From: Octopus sinensis
Taxonomy: Eukaryota
Direction: 5' to 3'
Length of the DNA: 64,000 nucleotides
NCBI RefSeq assembly: GCF_006345805.1
Contig: NC_043008.1
Span: 46,128,001-46,192,000, forward strand
Shown here: one piece after another, positions 12,093 to 24,961 of the stretch
Position numbering within the stretch: position 1 is the first letter of the stretch
Layout: each line of letters starts with the position of its first letter
Translations under genes and position numbers: made by a program
Notes under the pieces: model-generated
What the model was told of the DNA's origin: nothing
The model's database searches: none
The model's input: the letters and a program-made list of their open reading frames with translations, nothing else

Positions 12093-12221
12093 AATATATA
12101 TATATATATATAATATTATCTAATATACTATACAGCTGTATGTATTCAGAACGTGAAGACACACGTAAACCGGCACATATATGAATGTGAATACGTGTAT
12201 AGTATATATATATATATTATA

Positions 12222-12260
<39 letters not shown>

Positions 12261-12896
12261 TGTGTGTGGTGTTGTGTGTGTATGTGTATTCCTATTTCTG
12301 TATGTATATTTTAAGGATTGGCCTACTTAAGAACAGATTTTTCAACATTGCTTTAATAATCTCTGTGTTGTTGTTGAATATAAGAAGATGTGATCGATAC
12401 TTCCTATTGAAATAATGTTTTTATTTAATATTAGCTTCTTTTTTTTTGTTTCTTGTACTTTAGTTTCTTTTTTCTATTTTGTGTTCGCTTTACCAATCCT
12501 ACACTATTTTCTTTCTTCCATTCGAGTGGGTGTTGTGTTTCAACTAATGTTATCGTGTTTAACGTCAAACTTTGTCGTTTTGCTTCTCCGTAGGGTTTTC
12601 TTATATATCATTATTATTATTATTATTATTATATTATTATTATTATTATTATTATTATTGAGTGAGAGAGCAGTTCATGCCATCAATATTATTATTATTA
12701 TTATTATTATTAATGTTTAGCCAAAACTTTTTATTCCAGAAGATTTTGTCTGCAAATCTTTCCGTCTGTCTTTTGTTGATGAAGATTTCTTATTTACGCA
12801 TTACTTAGTTATACACACACACAAACATACACACATACATACATACATACATACATACATACATACACATATATACATATAGATATATACATACAA

Positions 12897-12927
<31 letters not shown>

Positions 12928-14080
12928 CACACATACATACATACTTACATATATATATATACATATACATATATATATATATATATATATACGTACATAC
13001 ATATATACATACACACACGCACACACACACATATATATATATACACATACATAAACATACATTCCTGTAGATGTTATTCTGTAGGAAATCAGTCTAACAA
13101 TTATATATTCAGAAAAGCCTTTCATTCACGCGGCTACTTGCATACACATTTACACACATATACGAGCGCGCACGCGCACTCACACACATATATATATACG
13201 GACGCACCGACATACACACACGCGCGCGCGCGCATAACGCACCGACATTTTCACTTGCTCACGTGTTCCATATAAATACACTGAAGGTGAGCTTTTAAAA
13301 TGATATTGGAGTTAGGTTTTTAAAATCCTGTCAACCAATGAAGCTTCCTGCCATCGGCGCCGCATCTATACACAAACACACACAACCTGTCTCTCCCTCG
13401 CAGGCCTAAACACATCTCCATAGCACGACACAGACACGCACACGCACACGCACGCACACACATACACATATATGGTATACAATATACTGCATATATATAG
13501 CGAGAGCTATAGAGAGATAGACAGACAGAAAGATAGATAGATAGATACATAGACATTCAGACAGACAGACACATACATATATACTTAGATAGATAGATAG
13601 ATAGATACATACATACATACATACTACATACATACATACATACATACATACATAAACACATATACATACATACATACATGCATACATACATACATACATA
13701 CATCCATACATACATACATACATACATGCATACATGCATACATACACATACATACATACATACATACATACATACATACATGCATACATGCATACATACA
13801 TACATACATACATACATACATAAACACACATACATACATACAGAGTAGGAAATAGACAGAGAGAGAGGGAGAAGAATATTCAACCTACAGTTTATACTCC
13901 TTAGTTGTTTTGTTTATTTTAGTTGTTATACACACGAGATTACTGGAGCATCAACTTCACACATTCCCACATTTGCATATATATATATGTGTGCGTGTGT
14001 GTGTGCGCGCGCGCGTGTGTGTGCGTGTGCGCGCGCGCGTGTGTGTGTGTGTGTGTGTATGAAGGTGTGTGCGTGCGTGG
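12093..14080. repeat. Compound microsatellite field: (TA)n, (ATT)n, (CATA)n, (CA)n, (GATA)n, (TG)n
   Basis: Direct reading; accounts for the CMYV/IYIY ORFs in the track. Confidence 0.85.
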
Positions 14081-15100
14081 AGGCATGTGTGTATGACGCT
14101 CTCTGACCATGCACTATACGTTTCAATCTATTGACACCGCACATTTGTAAATCTATTTATCAACCGATTTTATCGAATAATTCATGCTTGTATAGGATTC
14201 GTCGGCCAATAATGTGCATTCGTCTAGAATTTCTTGATGCAAATAGTCAATTTCAGCGACGAGAATGCAGTATCGTTCATCTCTTTGTATTGTTGTGTCC
14301 TTGCTGTTAACGGAATCTTAGATAAGTTTACAAGCTTTCGAAGATTTGTGATTTGCTGCTTAATGGATAAATCCTGTGAATTATTTTCCCTAAAAAGTAA
14401 ATGAAAATGAGTGAAATCCAGTGAATTTATCGTCCGTAGAACCTCTTGTATTCGGGTATCTTTAAAATGGCATTTATTTTGTGAAACAAATAAATGGAAG
14501 TATGTCGTTGTTTAGTGAGGATCTTAATTCCTTGTTCGGAGACAGGGCTCAAGTAATCTCTGTGGGCAAGCAACAGTATAAGGTTTAATTGTTTATGATA
14601 GATGAATTGTGATGAGTGATTGTTCGGGATTCAACTGGATATTCTACATAGCTATATCATCTGGGCTACTTTGTTTGGTGTATATTGTTGTACATTCCTA
14701 CACAGGTTTCCAGTCTCTATGGAAATTACATATTGTTTACAGTTGATGTCTCTTCTGATCTTGGAGAAAGAAAATGTTACTGTTTTACAACGTAGATTTA
14801 GCCATTGCAATTTCTCCATGACAGTCTTCAAATATTTTAGAAGTTTTGTTTCTGATTCGCTTACTTTAGTTGTTTCTTCTATGAAAGCTGGATCCAATGT
14901 CACCATGGGGTGAGTGTCACAGTGAGTTGTTAAGGAATATATTGCCATATATCAGACGTAGGATCTGCTTATAAAAGATGCGAATTTCAAATGCAATGTG
15001 CTAAGTTTGTGTGTGTCTGTGTGTGTATTTGTGTGTGTGAAACACACATATATATACTAATGCACATAAATGTATACATGTACTCAATCATAGGATATAT

Positions 15101-15157
<57 letters not shown>

Positions 15158-16564
15158 CTGTGTGTTTGTATGAGCGTGAGTACGTAGGGCTGAAATCAGT
15201 TTACAAAACTGGACATATATGTATTTGTCCTCAATTCGAAACTGTGAGCTGATGGACTCTGTAAAACGAAAATGCCGTTTCTTCTGCGTAAGGAAGAGAC
15301 TTCAAACTTAAAATCAATACCAAAGTATTGAGCAGTGAGGTACTGAACCGATTATGGACTGTGAAAATTAAATCGAGCAGTTAAAGAATTGTTGCAAGAA
15401 AATTGTACTAAATCCTGATTCTACAAAATATTGTAGCTCTTCTGGAGATTATAGTTTTCTGTCGGACACATCACTTAAGGAAGTTCAAGACGAAAATCTA
15501 AATTAATTTAGGGACTATAATGCCCTGCTTCTGTCAATACGCAGATTGTTTGGGTAATGGCTGTATGAATCAGCTTTTTATATTCACTTCAATTCAGATT
15601 GAACTGAGAGTCTGGATATAAAGAAATATAAGGTGTTTGCATATTTTTATCACGCTTCCTCTGAAATACGCTACGATACGACCTTACGTAGATACGTTTG
15701 TAAATGGCTAACAAACTTCAATAAATTCAATTCGGAGGGAAGTGGTATGTATTCACTAGAAGCGATGTATGTTATTCTAAATGTTTATTTAACCTCTCAT
15801 CAACGAGTATTTATTGTGTTTATATTATAAAATCAATCCAGAGATTGTCTGTGATGGTATTAAGTATCCGAGAAACCAAACCAAGGAACCAGTCAACAGA
15901 TTAAACAGTATAAACAAACGTCATAAAGGAAGAAAGAATATCGCAGCTGCTATTAGCATCTTCACAAACCATGCTTCCCTCCCCCGTAATTCTTTGTTAA
16001 TACTTCAAAGATCCATAAAAGATTGATAATCTCTGGTTCATTATAATGATTTTCATTATCATTGTGGGAGTGAAATTCTGTAAAGATTTTGTTAGTATTC
16101 ATACTTATGTAGAAGCTTACAAGCCAGGCATCATCATCATCACCGTCATCCTATGCTTTTACTCAAATATGGTATATTCATGTATACAAATATTCATTCT
16201 TACACATTTACATACTTAATGTATATAAGAAGAGAGAGAGAGAGAGAGAAAGAGAGAGGGGGGAGAGAGAAAGAGAATGAGAAAAAGAAATAGAGAGAGA
16301 GAGAGAGAGCTAAAACGCTGTTATTCAATAAGTCCTTTCTTCTGAAGATGGAAATATGTGAGAGATATTTTGCTGTTATTTCTAGCCAAGTGAATATGAG
16401 GTAATTCGACATACAATCATTTCTTTTGAACTACTGATAAATTATCAATAGTCTGAAATTATCAATTATTGTTTATTCTAAGTAATAATTTCGTAAATCC
16501 TTCATTCTTACACAATGGAATCTATGTCTTATATGTATCACACTGTCATGATATATATACACAC

Positions 16565-16620
<56 letters not shown>

Positions 16621-16639
16621 GTATATATATATATACACG

Positions 16640-16670
<31 letters not shown>

Positions 16671-17063
16671 TATACAGACACTATAACACACATACACACA
16701 CACACACACATATATATATATATGCATACTCTGTCACACGTACATATATGTGTGTGTGGGTGTGTGGTGTGTATAAACCTGACGATGCTCCATTGTCCTC
16801 TTCGTCTTCCGTCACACCCATCATCACTCCACACTCTTTCCCTTAATCAAACAAATACTATTTCCCTTTGAAGATCCACCATACGTTTTAATACAGAATC
16901 GATCTCTTATATCGTGCATGACCAACGCGTAGTAGTCGTCTGAAGGAATTCGCTTCGGAACTCTATTTTTCTGAGTTCAATCTGACTGCGAGGTGGATCA
17001 GGCAATTGGTTTTTAATTTGTCAGCCGCTTCTGGCAGTACAATAATTTGGCTAACAGAAGCTG

Positions 17064-17113
<50 letters not shown>

Positions 17114-17135
17114 TTACATAAATAAATATATATAT

Positions 17136-17219
<84 letters not shown>

Positions 17220-17339
17220 CAAATTAGAAAATGGAGAAACAAATTTAGTTTGTTCATCAACTTTCGGATATTAGAATGTTGGATTATTTATTCATTTAAC
17301 AAAATGAGAACATCAATAGCATACATATATATCTTATAA

Positions 17340-18113
17340 TCCAATAGATATAAGATAAGAATACAAATTATAAAAGTCATGGTATAAATTTATTTATCAT
17401 GAAGTACTTTCTCGAAAGTAATGACAACCTTTGAGAAAGAGGGAAAAACCTCCTCGTCGAAACAAAACTCCGAAAGAAAACCAAACCTTTCAGATAGAGA
17501 CAAAAGTACAGCTCGCAAAATAACTGCAGAGTTTAATGACCACCTCGAGAATCCAGTTTCCTCAAAAACCGTTCGCCAGGTGCTGCACAAAGTTCGATTT
17601 CACAGGAAAGCTGCAATAAGAAAATCACTATTTTCAAGAACAAATGTTGCAAAACGTTTAGAGTGGAGTAAAAACCTACAGAATTGATCCATAGAGCAGT
17701 GGAAGAATGTTATCTTCTCGGACGAGTTATCCTTTACCTTATTTCCGACCACCGGCCAAGTTCACGTGTGGAGACAGCCAAAAGAAGCATTTCCGACTGT
17801 TAAATATGGAGGAGGATCTGTGATGATCTGGGCGGCTATATCTTCATGGCAGAATTAATAGTCAAGACTGTTTAAGCATTTTATCTGACCAAATTCATCC
17901 TATGTTTGTGGAACTGTTTCCGGAGGGAAACGCAATGCTTCAGGTTTTAGCTGAAGATTGGACAAAAATTACTTTGGGAACAATTCAAACTTTGTACTAG
18001 TCCATACCTCGTAGAATTCAAGCTGCAATTACTGCCAAAGGTGGTCCTACCACATATTAAAATAAATTTGTTTGAAGTTTTAAGATGTTTCCATTATTTT
18101 ATCCAACCCCTAT
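17340..18113 (+). mobile_element. Decayed, internally deleted Tc1 element
   Basis: KPNLSDRD, VSSKTVRQVLH, KRLEWSK, WKNVIFSDE, TVKYGGGSVMIWAAI; right TIR-like end GTTTCCATTATTTTATCCAACCCCTA|TA. Confidence 0.8.
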
Positions 18114-18142
18114 ACACACACACGCACACACACACACACACA

Positions 18143-18189
<47 letters not shown>

Positions 18190-19198
18190 CATACATAGAT
18201 ACATACATGTAGTAATACACAAACACACACACACACATACACACACAACTAGATACATAGATAAACGCCTGCACACACATATAAAGAGAAATTCATTCCT
18301 AAAATATAATTTAGATATAATTCAATATATTACAATTATCTTCAATTAAAATTCTGAAAATAGGGAAGTTTTAAGGTCAATTGCCCGGAAAAATCAAACT
18401 TATTAAAGAATTTTACAATCGAGAAAAGTAATCAAGTTTCGATTAATTGGAAAAGCCGAGACGTCTGAAAAAATTCTTAATGAGCGTATGACTCATTAAA
18501 CATTCCAGTAACAAGTTTTCCGAAAAGCTGATTGTATCAAAGTAGGAAATGAAGAGGTTAAATAGAATGAAAGATGTCCGAGAAATCTATTTAAAAAAAA
18601 AAAAAGAACATTAGTTACATCATTTTGGTTTTCTATAGAATTTCTTCTGTTTAGAGATTGATTCAAACACCTAGGATGGGTTATGGGAAATTGAATAATC
18701 AAAGTGGTAGACACTTTTTGATCTCAGCAAATTTTTTTGCTTTAATCGTAATTTAAGTATAAAACGAGATAATTATTCCGTCACCGTTGGTGTTTCTTTT
18801 TTTGTCTTTTTATGACATTTCGTTTGAAATATACGCGTTTGCAAGTGGCAGGTGTCTCGTGGCTTAGCACTTTTACACTCCTGTAATTCTATATTTTTAA
18901 ATACTGGTCAATACACACATACTCACACACACACAGACACAGACACAAACACTGATACACATACACATACATACACACACATACGCATGCACTATATGTA
19001 ATAGGAGACAAAATATTTTGTAATTAGCATGATACTGAGGTTGACATTGCCGCTCAGTCTTCTGAGCTTGATTAGACAAGAACCGAGGATGTAAAATGAT
19101 CGCAAAATTCTATTCCAAAATGAATAAGTTTCATTATTTATCCATGTTTATGTTTTACCAACCGAACGACAATTAAATATATCCTGGAGTCTGTATGA

Positions 19199-19430
19199 AA
19201 GGCGGCGAGCTGGCGGACACGTTAGCGCGCCGGGCGAAATTCTTAGCGGTATTTCGTCTGTCGTTACGTTCTGAGTTCAAATTCCGCCGAGGTCGACTTT
19301 GCCTTTCATCCTTTCGGGGTCGATAAATTGAGTACCAGTTTCGCACTGGGATCGATGTAATCGACTTAATCCCTTTCTCTGTCCTTGTTTGTCCCCTCTA
19401 TGTTTAGCCCCCATGTTTAGTAAAAAAATA
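19199..19430 (+). mobile_element. tRNA-derived SINE family B
   Basis: Matches the reverse complement of 1557-1765; B-box-like GAGTTCAAATTCC. Confidence 0.8.
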
Positions 19431-19477
19431 TATATCCTGTAGTTTGTATATAAAAACTATCTTATTTCAAATTTTGG

Positions 19478-19680
19478 CATATGGCAAGTAATTTCGGTGG
19501 TGGTGGTCGTGAATCGATTCCATCGATCCCAGTAATCGACTGCTACTTATTTTATCGACCCCGAAAGAAAGGAAGGCAAAGTCAACATCGACAGAATTTG
19601 AACTCAGAACGTAAAGACGGACGAAATGCCGCTAAGTCTATAACTTGGTGTGCTAACCATTCTTCCATCTCACCGCCATA
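19478..19680 (-). mobile_element. Diverged SINE family B-like copy
   Basis: TTTGAACTCAGAACGTA and ATCGACCCCGAAAG cores shared with family B. Confidence 0.7.
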
Positions 19681-19875
19681 ACAATGTTATATATTCGCAC
19701 CTTTATTAATTTCACAGACCCAAAGAACAAGCATCACACTGATAACATTTAACCTGATTGATTGTTAGTCTTATTAACCCCAATACACAACCAGAGAAAC
19801 ACACACATAGACACATACGCACACACGCACATATACACATACGCACACACATGCACACACACACACACACACATA

Positions 19876-20940
19876 CAGGGTGTGCGGGCTAAATTTTATG
19901 AGATTTCATGTCTCTTTGTTTTCTAGAACAGTTGGATGCATTTGGTGAGCAGACAACGGCGTTGGAAAGCATAATAAAGATTACAGTTGTAGTTGAGAAA
20001 AGTTTAGCAGACTGGGAAACCGGTGTCAGTAACATAATGGTACGCAGCATGTGTCAAAATGCTGACATGCTGGTTGCTGCACAATGGTCTGGGAATACTG
20101 TAATGGCTGGAAGAGATGACAGGGACATCTGCAGCAGAGAATACGGTGCCACGACCAGCAACTCCAGGACAGGATGATGGAAGATCCGAGCAATAGCTTC
20201 CGGACTTTGGCAAGAGAGATGGGTGTTGGAGTCGCCACTATGAAGCTGACTCGGAAGGTCGACCTAGGCTTCCACTCTTATAGGATGTGCAAAGGACAAG
20301 TTGCCTACAATCCATATGCGGTCCAGCGTATAATAAAAACCGAGTATGACCAAACTGTTCTGGGCTTTGGGAGTGTTTTTAGAGAGGGTGACGCAAGGCC
20401 GCCCCTCACATCTGAACATATCCTTAGGCTCAGTTCTGACGGCTATCTAAAGCTTCTGGAGACTGTAGTTAAACTCCGAAGAGGGTTGCTGATGGAAGGT
20501 CATGTGTTTGACAGCAGGGTCCTTCACCTTGACATATCTCTGGAAAGAGTCAAATATGGTTGTCAGACAATTTCTACAATTTCACCAGCTCCAATTTCTG
20601 GGCTTCAACATTCCCTTATTGGGATCCATGGATTATTATTCGTGAGGTTCGCGGTTGAGAAAGGCACAAACTGCTTTGCTTGCAACTTCAAGGTCAAGTT
20701 AGCTGCCAAGTTTAAGGTGTTGAAAGATCTTCCAAGGGACACAGCGAGGAACGTATGCCGTAGCCCTCTTGGAGCCGCCTTTAGGTGTAGTCGGAGCTGA
20801 GGACTGCTACTTTGAGTTAACTGTTATCGCCCAGCCAGAATCTAATCGATATTTATTGATTTTTGAAAAAAATACTTTGATTTTTGGATGTGATTTCTGT
20901 TTCTTTTATGAAAACTGTCAGATTTAGCTGAAACGCCCTA
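19876..20940 (+). mobile_element. Decayed mariner-like (maT/DD37D-type) DNA transposon
   Basis: TA|CAGGGTG..GCTAAAT and ATTTAGC..CGCCCTA|TA termini; EDPSNSFRTLAREMGV..DLGFHSY; C-terminus resembles the 39219-39698 transposase. Confidence 0.7.
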
Positions 20941-21734
20941 TACACCCCCTCTCGCCACACACAAAGACATTATTGTTTGTCTTTCTTTATTCTCTCCCCT
21001 TGCTTCAGTGGTTAGAATATGATCGCGCGGGAAGGGCGTTACCTTGAAGTGTTTATTTGAAAGAATCTCCCCCAGAACTTATTTTATTCTCTCATTGTCT
21101 GCTACTTATTCAATGTCTGTCATTTATTCGATCGTTCGACCAATTCACTATTTACATAGTTTGCATTATTTCCCCGTGGGGCCGGTCGACATGCGTTAAT
21201 GTTACCACAGTTGTATTTAATGGAAGTTTGTCAATTGTCTTTTTTTATTCTGATTCCATAAACGAAATATTGGAATCCAGTTGAAACAAACTTCTATAAA
21301 CAGTGACGTAACCAACAGCTTGGCACTTACTAAAATGTACACAAATATGTTTCAGAGCAAAAGCATAATTTTCCACGACTAGGCACATCGATCCCCGAAA
21401 AGCGGCACCAATACAAATTAAAGAAATATGTTTTTAACATAACAAAGTCTCAATGCCCTCAGCTGCTTTAACATGATGTACCTAATAGAATTTTATCCAA
21501 ACACATGCAAGCTCCTTCCTCTTAGTTCTTTAGAACTGGTGTTGAAGTATATATATTTACAAAAGCTTTCTATACAAGTAGATGTTTAACAAGTGCAGCA
21601 CTGGTGGCGACTCCAGTTTGCAAAGCACATGATGCATGGCAGACTGCAGATTAGAAAACGCATTTTAAGTTGAGTACTTTAGGTTTATCTGAACGGGAGA
21701 CAGTCTACGTCCACTATATATGTTCCCTATTACG

Positions 21735-21922
21735 TGTCTGACTCAGTAGACTGCAGGCATGCTGGGGTTCACCTTGAAGAATTTTAGTCGCAGAAATCGG
21801 TTCCAGTGTTTATGATTTAAATCCTAATATTTATTCTATTGGTCTGTTTTGCCGAAGTGTTATGTGTAAGGTACGGAAATATAAACACGCCAATACGAGT
21901 TGTCAAGGAAGGAGGTACCCCA
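21735..21922 (-). mobile_element. SINE family F, 3' part (split element)
   Basis: Reverse complement of the tail seen at 50205-50352 and 51130-51304; followed by its internal (CATA)n. Confidence 0.65.
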
Positions 21923-21984
21923 CATACATACATACATACGTACATACATACAAACATACATACATACATACACACATACATACA

Positions 21985-22049
21985 GATGGTGTAGTGGTTA
22001 AGAGTGCGGGCTACTAACCCCAAGATTCCGAGTTCTATTCCAGCAGTGA

Positions 22050-22053
<4 letters not shown>
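21985..22053 (+). mobile_element. tRNA-derived head of SINE family C
   Basis: A-box TGGTGTAGTGG (21987), B-box-like GAGTTCTATTCC (22030), followed by (AAT)n. Confidence 0.7.
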
Positions 22054-22110
<57 letters not shown>

Positions 22111-22112
<2 letters not shown>

Positions 22113-23700
22113 AAGTGAAGACCACAAATTCAGTCGTGTTAGATGTTGACACAGTCATAAGAGAGCTTGAGCAAGAACAAACAAATATTTAGGGATAAAT
22201 GAAGGCTCTGGTATTCAGCATGCAAGCATGAAAGAGAAAATCAGGAAGGAATGTTATAGGAGAGTTCGTGCAGTCCTGAAATCTGAACTAAATGCACGTA
22301 ACAAGGTGTTAGCTATAAATTCCTTAGCAGTTCCAGTTGTTACTTATAGCTACAATGTGTTGAACTGGAATATGAGTGAAGTAAAGAATATAGATAGAAA
22401 AATACGCAAGCTGCTGAGTTGTAATAGGATGCACCACCCAAATGCAGACGTAGATCGCCTTTACCTTCCCAGAGCCCAAGGAGGTCGAGGTCTGATCCAA
22501 TTTGAACTAGCTTACAAAACAACCACAATTGGACTGGTCAAATATCTCGAAATATCGAATGACTGGATGCTAAAGCTCGTGGAAAATCACGAGAGACGAA
22601 AGAAGCTTCATTCTATCATAAAGGAAAGCAAAAAATTTGCTATTGATCTCGAGCAGGATACCCAAACTGAACAACCCGGGGGAAGTACGGCGACTATTGT
22701 TGCAAAGAAGGTGAAAATGATGGCAATGAAGAAAGCGCACGAGCAATTGGCTGATAGGTGGGAGGAGAAACCTCCGCACGGCAAATATGTGACCAGCAGC
22801 AAACAAGCTGATGTTGACCAGAAGCAAACCCATCAGTGGCTACGGAGCTCAGGGCTAAATGCAGAGAGCCAAGGTTTCATCCTGGCTGCTCAAGATCAAA
22901 GCCTATTAACCCGGAACTACCAGGCCAATGTGATGAAAAATGGAGCAGACCCAAAATGCCGATTCTGCAACGACATGATTGAAACAGTGGACCACCTAAT
23001 CTTTGGATGTAAAGTCTTAGCACCAGTGGAGTATAAATTAAGACATGACAGAGTTGGCCAATATCTACACTGGCTAATAAGTCGGCATTACAATATCAAA
23101 ACTGCCGACAAGTGGTATAATCACCACCCTGAGGCTGTAACGGAAGGAGAAAATGTAACCATTCTGTGGGACTTTCCAGTACATACAGACCGAACCATCA
23201 AGGCCAATAAACCAGATATTGTTGTGAAAGACCAAAACAATAATGTTTGCTTATTGATCGACATGAGCATCCCCTGTGATCATAATATCTCAGCGAAAGA
23301 GTTTGACAAGCTCAGAAAATATAAAGACCTACACATTGAAATTGAGAAAATGTGGCATCTCAAGGCGGTTACAATACCAGTGATCGTAGGAGCACTAGGA
23401 ATGATCAAGAAGGGAACCGAAAATTATATGAGAATGATCCCTGGCTTACCATCCCTGCAAGAAGTGCAAAATATTGTCTTAATTGGTACATCACACGTAT
23501 TGAGAAGAGCATTGTCGATGTGAGAACTGTTGCTGCTCATGTATTTTAATTTAACTTTAAAAAAAAAAAAAAAAATGAACGAACTACTGAGTTTGGTTTA
23601 ATGGCCTACCAATGTATACTATGAGTTTCTTTGCCCTAGGAGTCGGGAAGACACTCGGCAAGAAATGGAAGCAAATTTGAAAGAAGAAAAAAAAAAAAAG
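22111..23700 (+). mobile_element. 5'-truncated R4/Dong-like non-LTR retrotransposon in an (AAT)n target
   Basis: (AAT)n at 22054-22110 and 23701-23717; REL-type ORF; A-rich 3' end. Confidence 0.85.
22228..23523 (+). CDS. RT thumb + CCHC zinc knuckle + restriction-like endonuclease (431 aa open, N-terminally truncated)
   Basis: DVDRLYLPRAQGGRGL, AAQDQSL.TRNY, CRFC..ETVDHLIFGC, RHDRV, ILWDF, KPDIVV.D, LIDMSIP, KYKDL, IPVIVGALG. Confidence 0.88.
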   Translation: MKEKIRKECYRRVRAVLKSELNARNKVLAINSLAVPVVTYSYNVLNWNMSEVKNIDRKIRKLLSCNRMHHPNADVDRLYLPRAQGGRGLIQFELAYKTTTIGLVKYLEISNDWMLKLVENHERRKKLHSIIKESKKFAIDLEQDTQTEQPGGSTATIVAKKVKMMAMKKAHEQLADRWEEKPPHGKYVTSSKQADVDQKQTHQWLRSSGLNAESQGFILAAQDQSLLTRNYQANVMKNGADPKCRFCNDMIETVDHLIFGCKVLAPVEYKLRHDRVGQYLHWLISRHYNIKTADKWYNHHPEAVTEGENVTILWDFPVHTDRTIKANKPDIVVKDQNNNVCLLIDMSIPCDHNISAKEFDKLRKYKDLHIEIEKMWHLKAVTIPVIVGALGMIKKGTENYMRMIPGLPSLQEVQNIVLIGTSHVLRRALSM

Positions 23701-23734
23701 TAATAATAATAATAATAAAAATAATGATAATGAT

Positions 23735-23879
23735 AGTATCGAAAAATACCTTAGGAATGAGAACGCAGGTTCGAAATTTCCCCAAGACACCTGATGAAGG
23801 CTGGAGGGTATACAAGCCGAAACGTTGTGTTAACAACAAACAAGATGAGGACAAATATCCGTCAAATGTAAATAATGTA
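23735..23879 (+). mobile_element. Putative 3' body of SINE family C carrying an HHR
   Basis: Resumes after the right-hand (TAA)n and ends at the (TACA)n junction; linkage to the head at 21985 is inferred. Confidence 0.55.
23786..23831 (+). ncRNA. Minimal type I hammerhead ribozyme
   Basis: GACAC-CTGATGA-A-GGCT-(12 nt)-AGCC-GAA-ACGT-T-GTGTT: intact core, helix I 4 bp + G-U, ACGU palindrome, predicted cleavage after 23826. Confidence 0.75.
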
Positions 23880-23898
23880 TACATAACATACATATGTA

Positions 23899-23995
23899 TA
23901 TGTAGTAGAAGGTACTTGCGCAATGTACCACACAGTGGGACTGAAGCCGTAACCATGTGGTTGGGAAGCAAATCTTTTACCACTCAGCCACGCCT
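23899..23995 (-). mobile_element. SINE family F, tRNA-derived head (split element)
   Basis: Reverse complement reads AGGCGTGGCTGAGTGGTAAAAG...CCACATGGTTACGGCTTCAGTCCCAC; matches the head at 50919. Confidence 0.75.
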
Positions 23996-24159
23996 GAACC
24001 CATTGTGAATGTTTTACCAAAAATTAAACGCTGATTGAGATGCTACGAGACAAACCTAGTTCATCTGTCTGTCTCTATAAATATGTGCATGTTCGTTAGT
24101 GTGTGTGAGTATGTGTGTGTATGTATGTGTGTGAGTGTTTGCGTGTGTGTGTGTACGTG

Positions 24160-24201
<42 letters not shown>

Positions 24202-24589
24202 TTGTGTATGCAAATATAATAAAAACGAGAGAACAATATAAAATCAAATGTTGGCTGAAATGAGATTGTGTTTCTGAATTAAATCTTGCATAAATCGATT
24301 CTGTATGAATTCTGTTGGTCACTCGGTTAAGTGTTTTCAGGAAAATATTTCTTCTGTGCATCGAAAGCAATATAGGACTATGAACGTGCGTGCGTGTATC
24401 TATATATACGCCTTACAGCACTTATTATCTTCAACGTTCAATTTGACTTTGTAAATGATTGAAGAGATCAAAATTAATTAGGGAGTCAAATAGAGTGTAT
24501 ACAAAGTTTGAAAAGTGAAGGAGCAGAAGTACATAACCTAAAACTCAAGACCTGGACATAAACTTCTAACAGAAAGTAATAAAAATCCA

Positions 24590-24961
24590 GAAACGCTTAC
24601 AATAATAAACTTACTTAAACTTACACTCGCCTCGTTATGAGAGCTCAAAATCTCTCGGTGAAGCGTCATCCAACCAAAGTACAAATATATGGCAAATTAT
24701 CCCCTCTATCATCTCTTGTGAAAGGTAGAAGAGACCAGTTTGCTGGACATTGTTGTAGAGCTGAAAACGAGGTAATTTCTACTCTTCTCCTCTGGAAGCC
24801 ATCTGTTCGTGATACCAGAGGTCGCACACTCTCCTACCCTGATGTAATCTCCAGGGATACAGGCATCCAGCAACAGGACCTCCGTAATATGATGGACCGT
24901 GAAGTCTGGCGTAACATAGTAAATTCTATTGTCTCGGCCACGGTCGAACAATGATGATGAC
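24590..24961 (+). mobile_element. 3' fragment of an RTE-clade LINE
   Basis: RHPTK.QIYGKL..RR..FAGHC.R..LLLWKP..RGR..Y.D..RDTG..MMDREVWR, followed by a (TGA)n tail. Confidence 0.75.
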
